Shown here in pieces: positions 19,669-29,681 of a stretch of DNA of 51,857 bases. Source of the stretch: a virus (taxonomy: Duplodnaviria > Caudoviricetes); the IMG/VR virus record IMGVR_UViG_3300042545_000475, positions 1 through 51,857 of that record; one strand, given 5' to 3'. The translations under genes were made by a program, and so were the position numbers. The notes beneath the pieces were generated by a model. It was not told where the DNA came from and made no database searches. It saw only the letters and a list, made by a program, of their open reading frames with translations. The first letter of the stretch is position 1. Each line of letters starts with the position of its first letter.

Positions 19669-20163
19669 ATGACTGAAGGCGAAGAAGAAGTACCGCTAAT
19701 GCGTGGCGGGAATGGCGTGAAAATGGACTTCGATGGAAGGTCCATTAGTTTTTCGTCTGATGAGCCTAATTTTTTTGTCGCACGCATAACTGGCCGTGAT
19801 GGTTGTTCTGGAACGCCTGCGTACATATACGCATGGGAAGAAATGACTCCTGTAGGCAGCGGCATTACCTACCAAGTAAAGCCCAGTGGCCGTGTCGGCA
19901 CTCTGACAAAGTATGCTGCGTTTGAATTGAATAATGTGGCAGTAGACAACAACAAGCTGGTTTTCATGCGTGAACGCTGTTATGCAAGCGGCGCATTTAC
20001 ATGCCCGACATATACAGGCAGCGCAATAAACACTTTGGTTTATGATTTTAGCGCAGGTGGTGGTGGATCATCGCCATCAATGGACTGCCCGCATGTGTCA
20101 AGTGTGCAGTGTACCGGCGGGCTTTTAACAGTAACCTATGACACAACCTGTGTGGCACCATGA
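19669..20163 (+). CDS. Tail-associated protein
   Basis: FFVARIT...YAWEE motif; coupled to the next gene. Confidence 0.6.
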   Translation: MTEGEEEVPLMRGGNGVKMDFDGRSISFSSDEPNFFVARITGRDGCSGTPAYIYAWEEMTPVGSGITYQVKPSGRVGTLTKYAAFELNNVAVDNNKLVFMRERCYASGAFTCPTYTGSAINTLVYDFSAGGGGSSPSMDCPHVSSVQCTGGLLTVTYDTTCVAP

Positions 20164-20615
20164 CGACTAGCATTCTTGATTGCAAGACCTTAGCGCCTGC
20201 TCCGGCTGCAAGTCGAATTTACCATCCATGCTGGGGCAACAGACCGCTGCCATCAACATTGAATTTTAGCGCAGGTCCAAGCACCCTTATACCGCCAAAC
20301 ACTTCATGCAATGCAGGGTGGCCGTCATCGGTTATTACTGGAACATTGTCACGAACTGGTGCCTGCAATTTCGCATGGGGTTATTCCAGCGGATCGTTTG
20401 GGATACTGTTTGCGTGGACAGTTGGCGGACCCCCGTTAAGTTGTTCAATCAACCAGACTGAACTTTTCCCCAACTGGTCATTGAATAATGTCATCGGAAC
20501 TCCGACAGGCTCGTGCAGCCAAAACCCGACAACTGGTATAGTCACAATGACATTTACCGGGACAATTAGCGACGGGTTTTGCACATGTCCTGTAACAGTT
20601 TCGTTTAGCGGGTGA
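20160..20615 (+). CDS. Cys-rich tail-associated protein
   Basis: ATGA coupling; several Cys; beta-rich. Confidence 0.65.
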   Translation: MTTSILDCKTLAPAPAASRIYHPCWGNRPLPSTLNFSAGPSTLIPPNTSCNAGWPSSVITGTLSRTGACNFAWGYSSGSFGILFAWTVGGPPLSCSINQTELFPNWSLNNVIGTPTGSCSQNPTTGIVTMTFTGTISDGFCTCPVTVSFSG

Positions 20616-20618
20616 TCC

Positions 20619-21686
20619 ATGGGTGCTGGTGCGTATGCCAATCTTCTTGCCGGTAACTGCGTGGCAGAGCCTGTAAGGTTCTGCGCCCCGTTCAAGGAGT
20701 TCTGCGTTCATACGCTTGGTGGCTCACCACCAATAGGCTCATACCCTGATTCGGGCCTGTTTGGTTGCAATGCATACACCACCAATGCTGGGACTCAATT
20801 TCTGGACAACCCCCGCATTCCAGACGCACTAACACGGCACAAACTGTACGGGCAAACCACATCAGCTGTAACATTGCCAACATACTTTCAGGCATCAGAC
20901 CTTGCCCCGTGGAGGTCACGCAGGGTCATCATGCCGACAGACCCATACAACATTCGTGCGTCCGGCCCTGCGGTAAAGCAGGCCCACATGTACACCATGC
21001 TTCGCAGAAGGCTAAAGGGTTCGTCGTCACCAAACAACAATGATTATGCAAATAGGTCCGGCTTTTATTTCACTGATTCAAGCGTGGCTTACAGCAACCA
21101 GCAGGACTGGATGGGATTTTTGCACCCAGCCATGTGCTTGTGGACGAACAAAGATGTGCCTGAGCCGCTCAATGCGGTTAATTATTACGAAGATTCTGGT
21201 GCCAACCCACCATATTCAGACACCTACAACAAGCAATTTATTCCCTTCTGCACTCCAGTGAACACATACAACTCCTCTGGAACACTTCTTGGCCAATACA
21301 TCGGCTACACGATGATGTTTTATTTTGGTATGGCGTTCCTGAAATATCCGATACCCGGATTTAAACCAGAGGATTATTACAGCACCAGCCCGACACCGCC
21401 AGAAGTCACGCCCACATATCAATTTTTTACGATTGACTGCCACCTATTCCTTGTGGGTTCACCGGCATCAGGCCAGACTCTCAAATCGCCAAAGATTGGA
21501 TCGGCACGGTACTGGACTTACAACAAAGATGGAACCACTTGGAACATTTGCGACCAGTATATGTACATGCTCAACGGGGCATATACAACTAACTGGAAGT
21601 TCAATGTTGCGTTCAATTATGTTGGAACCGGCAGTGAATCGATTCTATTTAACATGTCAAACCTGAATGCGTATGTGACCCCATGA
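20619..21686 (+). CDS. Hypothetical tail-region protein
   Basis: 355 aa ORF rich in Tyr/Pro/Thr. Confidence 0.7.
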   Translation: MGAGAYANLLAGNCVAEPVRFCAPFKEFCVHTLGGSPPIGSYPDSGLFGCNAYTTNAGTQFLDNPRIPDALTRHKLYGQTTSAVTLPTYFQASDLAPWRSRRVIMPTDPYNIRASGPAVKQAHMYTMLRRRLKGSSSPNNNDYANRSGFYFTDSSVAYSNQQDWMGFLHPAMCLWTNKDVPEPLNAVNYYEDSGANPPYSDTYNKQFIPFCTPVNTYNSSGTLLGQYIGYTMMFYFGMAFLKYPIPGFKPEDYYSTSPTPPEVTPTYQFFTIDCHLFLVGSPASGQTLKSPKIGSARYWTYNKDGTTWNICDQYMYMLNGAYTTNWKFNVAFNYVGTGSESILFNMSNLNAYVTP

Positions 21687-23851
21687 CAACTTATAACCAG
21701 AATGTCGCTCAAAATGTGTGCGGCGATTTGCCTGTAACCATACCCGTAAACATTGACTGCTCACTGTGCGCCATTGGATTCCCACAGGCTGGTGGCATGA
21801 TAGGCATCAGTTTCTACGGTCCACGATGCCTGCCAACATCAGACCCAAGTCCAAGTTACTGGCTTGGATTTGGAACAAAAATGGCTCAATTCAAATGCCC
21901 AAATCCGGGCCAAAATGCCGAGCCTAATCCTAATACTTGGGTGGCCACAGGATTTTTCGGTGGCGCATCGTCTGGTGGATGCTCTAATCAGTACAGGTTT
22001 GACGCAACCCTGACCGCATTGAGCCAGACGCAAATAAGCATCAGCATATTAGTAAAAGTGCTTGCGGCAACAACTGGTGGCTGGTCGTGGCAGAGTTATA
22101 TGTCATGGTCTGAAACTTTGACAGAGGTGGTAAACTCAGACCACACTAGATACCGTGGCAGGGCTTTTGCCAGCCCTGACTTCGTGTCAGTGTCGCCAGC
22201 ATCTGTCGGCGGCTCTGGCGACCCTGTCAGCTTTGTAAAAACAATCGTTGGCATGACATCCATGCGTGTTGGTTGTGGATCAACAGGCAATGCAGTTCCA
22301 GACATTTGCGGATTCTGGGACGGCACTCAATGGCTTACATGCCTGCGTGGTTTTGTCAGGTCAACATCGAATTACAACATCCGTGGATTTACCCAGTTTG
22401 GTTTTAATACTCCAACTTGCAATACACTAGACTCATGCGGTTGCGACACCATCAATCTGACATCTACCAGTCCGCCTGCTGGGACATGCACTTACAATTC
22501 CAATGCGTTTGCTGCCACATATGGCGTTCTTGGGCTTCCGGGCGGCGTTGAGGCCATTGGTGCCATCCAGCAGGTGCAACACGCACCAGCAGTGGCAGGA
22601 ATCGACATCGTCGTCAAGCAAGTTAATGGCGGCGCTATATACATTTGCACCAACGACAACGGTGCTGGGTGGGTAATCTCAGCCGCAACTGTCAGCCAAG
22701 CCAAGGGCCCAAGAATCTTAACGGCGACACGATCAGGATTTGAAGTCATACTGTACGCCCTGAACTTTCCCAACGACAATCTGCTGGCAGACGAGTGTTC
22801 CAGTGGTGGTGCTTATCCAGCCTCAAATCCGGCTACAGACCCGTACTGGTGTACATCAGCTGGGTGCGTACAATCTCCTCTTCAGCCAGCAGGCGCTTTT
22901 GGTGGCCCATATTCCAGCAGTTCGGCTTGCACAACAGCCTGTGCTGAACTCGTCCCGCCAAATCCACCGTACTGGTGCGTGGCAAGCGCCTGCGTCCAAT
23001 CGTCAACTCCTCCAGAAGGGTATACCGGAGGACCATACGCTTCGCTAGCCATATGCCAAGCTGCATCCTGCGAACCTGCGCCTCCATCAGGTGACTACTG
23101 GTGCTTGTATGGAAGCTGCGTCCAATCAGAAACGCAACCAGATGTCTCGGCTACTGGGCCGTATGCGTCAGCTGCGATTTGTGCAGAAAACTGCTCAGGC
23201 CCGCCCCAGATGGTCTGGTATTGCTCAGATTATGGTTGTTCAACAATAACAAGATCTAGTGCGATAATGAATGGTTACACTTACTATCTTACGGAAGCAG
23301 CTTGTAATCCTTCATGCCCAACGCAGTTCTGGTGTGTTGATTTTGGCTGTGTCGAGTACTGGACTGGTTATACGCCAACAAGCCCATCAGCTGGGCCTTT
23401 TGCAAACATAGAAGATTGTTACACGGAATGCAGCACAGGGGCTGGTTGGTACTGCCTTAGTGGAACATGCGGGTATTACACAGACAGGCCACCGGGGGCA
23501 ACAGGACCAAGGTCAAGTAGTTATTTAGAATGCCAACCAAATTGCTTTGTGTTGTTTGAAGGAACGCTTCCACCTTCGGCTCTGAAAGGCCCTCCAGAAG
23601 AGGCTTCAGGAATCACGCCGGAGCCTGTCAGGCAAATTGGGCAGTCAATGCCTGCCAGATTGTTTTCAGATGCTCAGATGGCCAAAATCAGGCTTTCATG
23701 CGTGTACCGTGGCGGAAGGATTGATAACGGTTTCACTTGAAGCCGTACCCAATACGCCTGCGGTCTGCATGGCACCTGCTCACTGATCGACAACACTACC
23801 GGCGTGAAAGCCTGCATCTCTTGTGATGATTACAGGCCAAATGATTCCTAG
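21683..23851 (+). CDS. Cys-repeat tail-region protein with an in-frame UGA (23738-23740) probably decoded as selenocysteine; stops at 23740 without readthrough
   Basis: The frame stays open 36 codons past UGA and completes a Cys/His motif; SECIS-like hairpin at 23756-23773. Confidence 0.7.
23756..23773 (+). promoter_or_regulatory. Bacterial SECIS-like hairpin
   Basis: GCC-TGC-GGTCT-GCA-T-GGC; G-initiated apical loop 22 nt after UGA; resembles E. coli fdhF TGCAGGTCTGCA. Confidence 0.6.
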
Positions 23852-23967
23852 TACACTTGTACGCTTTATCAGGGGGTCTAACAGTCTGTTAAACCGTACA
23901 AGTGTACTTAGTACGGTTGTACGGTTTACGAACACTACCTACCCCCTACTAAACCGTACAACCGTAC
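23850..23967. repeat. Inverted-repeat locus A (two units, each with a 21-nt spacer)
   Basis: AGTACACTTGTACGCTTTA-N21-TAAACCGTACAAGTGTACT and GTACGGTTGTACGGTTTA-N21-TAAACCGTACAACCGTAC. Confidence 0.9.
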
Positions 23968-24051
23968 ATGCAAGGCATCGGTTGCTGGAACTCTTCTGGA
24001 AAGCTTATTTTGAATGCTGGGGCCGCAAATTAAGGCGAAAGGGGTATTTTC

Positions 24052-24477
24052 ATGCCAAGTCTCGTTTACAACTCGTTCATGCGAGACATAGCTACGGGTG
24101 CTGTGGACTGTGATACCGACACTTTCAAAATGCTGTTGGTTACAAGCACTTATACTGCTGCAAAATCTCACGCAAAGCGTAGCGATATTACGAATGAAGT
24201 AACTGGGGTTGGTTACACTACAGGCGGAAATGCTTGTGCCTTGACTGTTGCCGCTACGGATAATGTGAACAATGATGTTGAAATCTCGTTTTCTGTCACC
24301 TCTTGGACAAGTGCTACGATCACCGCAAGGGCTGGTGTGATTTATAAGTCAAGAGGCGGTCTTGCTACAGCTGACGAGCTTGTTGGCTATGTCGATTTCT
24401 TGTCAAACATCACATCGACCAACGGCACTTTTGCAGTAACCGTGTCCACTCCATTGAGTCTGACAAACCCAAGCTAA
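24052..24477 (+). CDS. Minor tail structural protein
   Basis: DTDTFKMLL..NEVTGVGYTTGG..WTSATITARAGVIY..DF pattern common in tail modules. Confidence 0.75.
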   Translation: MPSLVYNSFMRDIATGAVDCDTDTFKMLLVTSTYTAAKSHAKRSDITNEVTGVGYTTGGNACALTVAATDNVNNDVEISFSVTSWTSATITARAGVIYKSRGGLATADELVGYVDFLSNITSTNGTFAVTVSTPLSLTNPS

Positions 24478-24493
24478 TTTAGGGTGACCACCA

Positions 24494-27400
24494 ATGGCAC
24501 TGATTAAAGCAGACAGGGTTAAAGAATCATCGACAAGCACCGGGGCAAGCACTTTCGCATTAGCGGGTGCTTATACCGGGTTTCGATCATTTAGCTCTGT
24601 CTGCTCGGTTGGCGATACTTTTTACTATGTGATTGATTCTGACTTGGGCAGTGAATGGGAGACTGGATTAGGCACTTATTCGGCAGTCAATACGCTGACT
24701 CGCACAACAGTCCATTCATCGAGCAATTCTAATAATATCGTCACTTTCTCAGCCGGTACGAAAAATGTATACATTTCTCTTACCGGGAATCAGCTTGGAA
24801 CGCTCTCAACCTTAGCTGGCAGCGAAACGCTAACCAACAAAACCATCAACGCCAGTAATAACACCATCACCAATGTCTCACTCACCAGCGGAGTGACCGG
24901 CACTCTACCACTAGCAAACGGTGGCACAGGCACAACTACAGCACAGCTAGCAATTAACGCCCTAGCAGGTGCGGTTACCAGCGGCAGCTACTTGCGGGGC
25001 AACGGTACGAATGTTGTCATGGCAGCGATTCAGGCGGCTGATGTACCGACGCTGAATCAAAGCACGACCGGGACGGCATCAGGATCGGTAAGCGGGACGG
25101 CATCGTATCTGGCGAAGTTTACTGGTACTAATGTGGTTGGTAATTCGCAGATTGTTGACAATGCTACTGGTGTGGGTATCGGTGTAACTCCTAGCGTGGC
25201 GAAGTTTGAAGTATCTGCGGCAGAAAACGCCGATGCTTTTGCCTTGGCTCAATGGAAACTTTTGAAGTGGGATACAACCAGCCAGATAACTTTTGGAGGC
25301 TATGCAGCAGGTCAGTGGCAAGTACTTAAATTTTTTACAGCTGGTTCAGAAAGAGTCCGCATTGACGCATCTGGCAATGTAGGTATCGGCGCAGCTCCAG
25401 TTTCTGGATATACAGGGTATCGTCTACAAGTTGGCAATAGTGCTGATTCTCAAACACTTATCGCAATTGGCAACTCGACATCAGGTCTTGGCCCAACTAA
25501 TGGCCTGATCGTAGGCAATGACAGCGGCAACGCTTACCTGATGAACAGAGAGAATACTAGGCTTCGCATTGGCAATAATGGCAGCGATCACTTTGTAATT
25601 GATGCTACTGGCGTAGTAGGAGTTAACCAGTTTACGCCCGGCGCACAACTCCATGTCACCACCGCAGCAGCAACGACTAAGGGGCTGATAGTTCGTGGAG
25701 CATCAGCGCAGTCAGCGAATCTACAAGAGTGGCAGGACGATGCCGGAACCGTCTTGGCTACTGTCAACAGCGCAGGCGACTTTACAAATAGCAGCGGCTA
25801 CGGCTTATCAGAGAAATTTGGCTACTTAGCTACAGTTCTTGGTAATGCAGCGACAGCAATTGGCGGCGGAGCGTCGGCTAACTTTCGTTCAACTGCTGTT
25901 GGGACAAATGCTAATGCTTCTACTATCGACTTGGCAGTTGCCATTGGTTCAAATTCAAGTGTCACCGGCTCTGGCGCAGTCGCTATTGGCAGGGGGTCTA
26001 GTGCGAGTGGCCAGACTTCTATAGCGATTGGCATGTTCGCAACAGCAGCGACAGATCGCTCAATAGCGATCGGCTTTAGTGTTACAGCCAACGGCGGCAT
26101 ATCGATTGGCGGCGACGGCACTGGTCTGGGATATACAAGTTTTAATGCTTCAACCGACAACCTTGCGACAACAGGTGCAATAGATGTATATGCTGGTGAT
26201 GGTGTAAACAATGAAAATTTTAGCCGTCAGCACTCCATGCTCGGCACTTGGGCTACAGCGACATACGCTTCCAGAAAAGGGCGAGTACAGCTTCGTGTTA
26301 ATGATGCTAGTACGGATCGTGAAGCAATCCGATACGAGTCTGACGGTGCAAATGCACTGACTAGCATCGGTGGCAGTGCGATAATCGCCAACACTACGCT
26401 GGCAGTTCAGCCTGCTGTTTCTGGTAACAAGGGCATCGTCGTCAAGGGTGCTTCTGGGCAGTCTGCGAATCTGCTTGAGTTGCAGAATAGTGCCGGTACT
26501 GCGTTGGCTGTAGTTGGCGCATCTGGCAATGTAGGCATCGGCACGGCTTCGCCGGTTAGACTGTTGGATTTGTACAACGCAACGACCCCTGTCTTTGCGA
26601 TGCACAATTCAACCACCGGAACGGCAGACACAGACGGTTTCCTAATTTATCTTTCAGGCAGCAACTCTTTTATTCAAAACAAAGAATCTGCGGGGGTAAT
26701 GGGCTTCATTGTCGGCGGCGACACCGAAAGAATGCGTATTGACGCATCTGGCAATGTCGGCATTGGTACGACTTCGCCAAACTCCAAAGTTACCATCGGC
26801 GCAGATTTCGCATCCATAACAGGCATGACCATAGACACCGGAAACAGCACAGACTCCGGCTTGGTTATCAGAAAAGCCGCAAATAAACCAGCTTTTGGAG
26901 TTTTGGCTTGGGAAAGCGATGTTCTTTTAAGTGCTGGTATATATTATGACGGTGGAGCTTGGGTACATCATAATTCCACAGCCAACAATCAGTTATTTTC
27001 CCTTTCTCCGGGGACTGGCTCTACTTGGTACGCCAGCAATAACAGCACAGGCTCTTGGAATGTGGCCAACTCCATCACGCTGTGGAATGATGCTGGTACA
27101 TGGAGACAACCTGTTGATGCGGTCGGCACGGGTGGATCGACTGTCAATGCTTTGGGGACGGCACTGATACGCGTTTCGCCGTCGTCGCAAAACACCTTCG
27201 CCGCTCTTGAGCTTCGCACCCTCAACGCCGGGACCTACGGTGGCGCAGGATTGATGGCTGTCAACGACACCAACTACGACAGTAATCTTGTGTTCTACAC
27301 CAACCCCGCTAGCAGTACCACTCGCGCCGAGCGGATGCGAATCACCAAGAATGGTGATGTTGGGATCGGCACGACTTCTCCAAGCGACAAGCTCCATGTC

Positions 27401-29302
27401 ATCGGCAATGTCAGAGCGGGCAACTACACAGCGGGCGGTGGCACATACCTTGCTTTAACTGGAGACTTGCCGGGATACGCTAGCGGGACGTACCCAACGC
27501 TCAAGAGCGACGGCACTATTTACCTAAGCGCAAACGGAAAATATAGTGCTTATTTTGGCAGCGGTTCTAATACATTTGGCATCAATCGATTTTCAGATAA
27601 TTTATTGACCACCCTGCTGCATCCGGGAGGCACATCATACTTTACTGGTGGTAGCGTTGCGTTTGGAGCCACAACCGCACCTGCTGGTCAACTATATGTC
27701 GCACCTCAAGCCGCCGCAACAAAAGGTCTAGTAGTTCGTGGCGCATCGGCGCAGTCAGCGAATTTGCAAGAATGGCAGAGCAGTGCTGGGACTGTGCTTG
27801 CGTATGTCAATTCTGCTGGCGACATTGTAGGCGCAGGTATCTATGGCAGTTCTTTATATGCGCCAACCGCCTATACGGATTATTGGAGAGTAAGAAGCTT
27901 TTACCGTGCTGCTCCCACGACCGTTGGAAATTACATTGAAATTTGCAGCATCCAAGAAGGCGCCGGCATCTATGAAATTTATGCCACTTCGGAATACGGT
28001 GCTGGCATTGGCACTACTTCTAAGAAATATACTATTTCAACCACATTTGGTGCTTGGACTGGTCACACATTAACTCCAAGAGATATGATGCGGCAAAGTG
28101 GTTACACAACCAGTTTTGATTTTGAGTTAGAATTGCACAAAGTTGCGGCATATGATGTCAGACTGCGTCTGCGCAGGACAGCTGGAACTTCGGCTAGGTA
28201 TGTGACAATTACTGTTCAGCAGCAATTTTTAAATAACACTGATATTACTGCGTTGTCTGGGACCGGAACTTCTCCTTACGGCAGTCTTAGCCAAGGATTT
28301 CACATAGCACCATCAAACTACGCCTTGCCTGTTCCGGGCGGCTCTGGCGCTGGTAACGGCATAGCTTTTTACGCAGGGGCTGGAGAAACTGCTGGCGCAG
28401 GTGGCGGCATAACTCTGCAACCGGGTAATTCTGCTGGTGTAGCTGCCCCCGGTTTTATCAACCTTAACCTGCCTCAGCCAGCAGACGGTTCTCAGGCCAG
28501 TTGCGTTACTCTAGGCTTATACAAGACACATTACTTAACACGCACCGTGCCGATTACGGCTGGCGATTACGTTGAAATATGTGAAATACCTGATAACTGG
28601 GTTGGACGCATCAAGATCAGCATAATGACCTACCAGCACGCAGCTGAAGGCGGGTCATTCAAGTCTTATGATTTTTCCCCCACAGGACTGTATAATGCGT
28701 CCGGCATCATTCAGCCAATTGCACATAACGGTGCTAACGGCTGGGAACTAGAAAAGTATGTACCAAGCGTCACAATCGCCAGATTGCGAATTAGGCGTAC
28801 GGTAACAATTTCAGCGTCTCCAGCCTGCGATGCGTGGATTGTTATAGAGCGATTGGACTATAACAACTCATTATTGAAGTATTCAGGTACAGGCACATCT
28901 GCGGTAGCCAATACACTCCTAAGTAGCAGCCTAGTTGCTCAGACACTGATTCAACCCGGACCACCTGTGGCCAATAACGGCGCAGGTAAAGACATCACGG
29001 TTCGAGGCGGCAACGCAGCAGGCACAGGTGCTGGTGGCAGTATCCTGCTTCAGGCTGGAGCGTTTTCTACTAGCGGCAGCAATGGCAAAGTTATTGTGCG
29101 TGGACTGGCGAGTAATACTGCGAATCTGCAAGAGTGGCAGAACAATGCTGGTTCAGTTTTATCTGCTGTAAAATCAGACGGTTCAATTCAACCCGCAAGC
29201 ATGGCTGATTCAGCAGCTACGAATAACTCAATTTACTATTCAACTACAGCGTCAAAGTTGGTTTACAAGGATGCTGCTGGGACTGTTAATAACCTTTATT
29301 AA
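24494..29302 (+). CDS. Long tail fibre/receptor-binding protein with modular repeats
   Basis: ADRVKESST N-terminus; repeated ERMRIDASGNVGIG and VRGASAQSANLQEWQ modules; YadA-head-like AIG..A.A repeats. Confidence 0.88.
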   Translation: MALIKADRVKESSTSTGASTFALAGAYTGFRSFSSVCSVGDTFYYVIDSDLGSEWETGLGTYSAVNTLTRTTVHSSSNSNNIVTFSAGTKNVYISLTGNQLGTLSTLAGSETLTNKTINASNNTITNVSLTSGVTGTLPLANGGTGTTTAQLAINALAGAVTSGSYLRGNGTNVVMAAIQAADVPTLNQSTTGTASGSVSGTASYLAKFTGTNVVGNSQIVDNATGVGIGVTPSVAKFEVSAAENADAFALAQWKLLKWDTTSQITFGGYAAGQWQVLKFFTAGSERVRIDASGNVGIGAAPVSGYTGYRLQVGNSADSQTLIAIGNSTSGLGPTNGLIVGNDSGNAYLMNRENTRLRIGNNGSDHFVIDATGVVGVNQFTPGAQLHVTTAAATTKGLIVRGASAQSANLQEWQDDAGTVLATVNSAGDFTNSSGYGLSEKFGYLATVLGNAATAIGGGASANFRSTAVGTNANASTIDLAVAIGSNSSVTGSGAVAIGRGSSASGQTSIAIGMFATAATDRSIAIGFSVTANGGISIGGDGTGLGYTSFNASTDNLATTGAIDVYAGDGVNNENFSRQHSMLGTWATATYASRKGRVQLRVNDASTDREAIRYESDGANALTSIGGSAIIANTTLAVQPAVSGNKGIVVKGASGQSANLLELQNSAGTALAVVGASGNVGIGTASPVRLLDLYNATTPVFAMHNSTTGTADTDGFLIYLSGSNSFIQNKESAGVMGFIVGGDTERMRIDASGNVGIGTTSPNSKVTIGADFASITGMTIDTGNSTDSGLVIRKAANKPAFGVLAWESDVLLSAGIYYDGGAWVHHNSTANNQLFSLSPGTGSTWYASNNSTGSWNVANSITLWNDAGTWRQPVDAVGTGGSTVNALGTALIRVSPSSQNTFAALELRTLNAGTYGGAGLMAVNDTNYDSNLVFYTNPASSTTRAERMRITKNGDVGIGTTSPSDKLHVIGNVRAGNYTAGGGTYLALTGDLPGYASGTYPTLKSDGTIYLSANGKYSAYFGSGSNTFGINRFSDNLLTTLLHPGGTSYFTGGSVAFGATTAPAGQLYVAPQAAATKGLVVRGASAQSANLQEWQSSAGTVLAYVNSAGDIVGAGIYGSSLYAPTAYTDYWRVRSFYRAAPTTVGNYIEICSIQEGAGIYEIYATSEYGAGIGTTSKKYTISTTFGAWTGHTLTPRDMMRQSGYTTSFDFELELHKVAAYDVRLRLRRTAGTSARYVTITVQQQFLNNTDITALSGTGTSPYGSLSQGFHIAPSNYALPVPGGSGAGNGIAFYAGAGETAGAGGGITLQPGNSAGVAAPGFINLNLPQPADGSQASCVTLGLYKTHYLTRTVPITAGDYVEICEIPDNWVGRIKISIMTYQHAAEGGSFKSYDFSPTGLYNASGIIQPIAHNGANGWELEKYVPSVTIARLRIRRTVTISASPACDAWIVIERLDYNNSLLKYSGTGTSAVANTLLSSSLVAQTLIQPGPPVANNGAGKDITVRGGNAAGTGAGGSILLQAGAFSTSGSNGKVIVRGLASNTANLQEWQNNAGSVLSAVKSDGSIQPASMADSAATNNSIYYSTTASKLVYKDAAGTVNNLY

Positions 29303-29313
29303 GGAGTTTTCTA

Positions 29314-29673
29314 ATGCCTGATCCAGAAGTAAACGCTGTAATGCCTGACTTTCCTCCAGTTCCTGCTGCTGATCCAGTAGTCACTCCACCAGTACCGGAA
29401 GAGACTCAGGATGTATGGGGTCTAGATTACCAGCATATTCGCCGGTATGAAGTCGAGGGCGGATTCAAGTTTGAGCTATACACTATTTGGTCTTTGGGCC
29501 GAATGTCAGCTACCGGAGTTTGGACTCCAGCTAAGCCAGAAAACAAAAAGAATGTTGTTATAGCCGATATGCTGTCGCCAACTTCTCTAGACGAAAATCC
29601 TGAGATCGGTGCAATTGCAACGCCGTTTTTTACTAACCTTGCATCTCTATGTAAGCGAGTTGGCAACCTGTGA
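29314..29673 (+). CDS. Hypothetical protein (possible fibre chaperone)
   Basis: AAGGAG RBS; follows the fibre gene. Confidence 0.65.
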   Translation: MPDPEVNAVMPDFPPVPAADPVVTPPVPEETQDVWGLDYQHIRRYEVEGGFKFELYTIWSLGRMSATGVWTPAKPENKKNVVIADMLSPTSLDENPEIGAIATPFFTNLASLCKRVGNL

Positions 29674-29681
29674 GGTAGTCA

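Noticed and set aside
20613-20621. TGA-TCC-ATG in-frame junction (a similar TGA-CGC-ATG lies at 13352-13360) as further readthrough sites
   Set aside because: The downstream ORFs have their own ATG, no motif is interrupted and I see no convincing SECIS-like hairpin
23850-23967. CRISPR mini-array (repeat-spacer appearance, also at 45812-45965)
   Set aside because: Arms are inverted rather than direct, spacers resemble each other, and there are no cas genes
23823-24113. ORF across repeat locus A (also the 45867-45980 extension across locus B)
   Set aside because: Translates the DNA repeats with no RBS; better explained as non-coding sites
24494-29302. Diversity-generating retroelement or invertible fibre cassette
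   Set aside because: No reverse transcriptase or invertase; repeats are diverged protein modules, not adenine-specific TR/VR pairs
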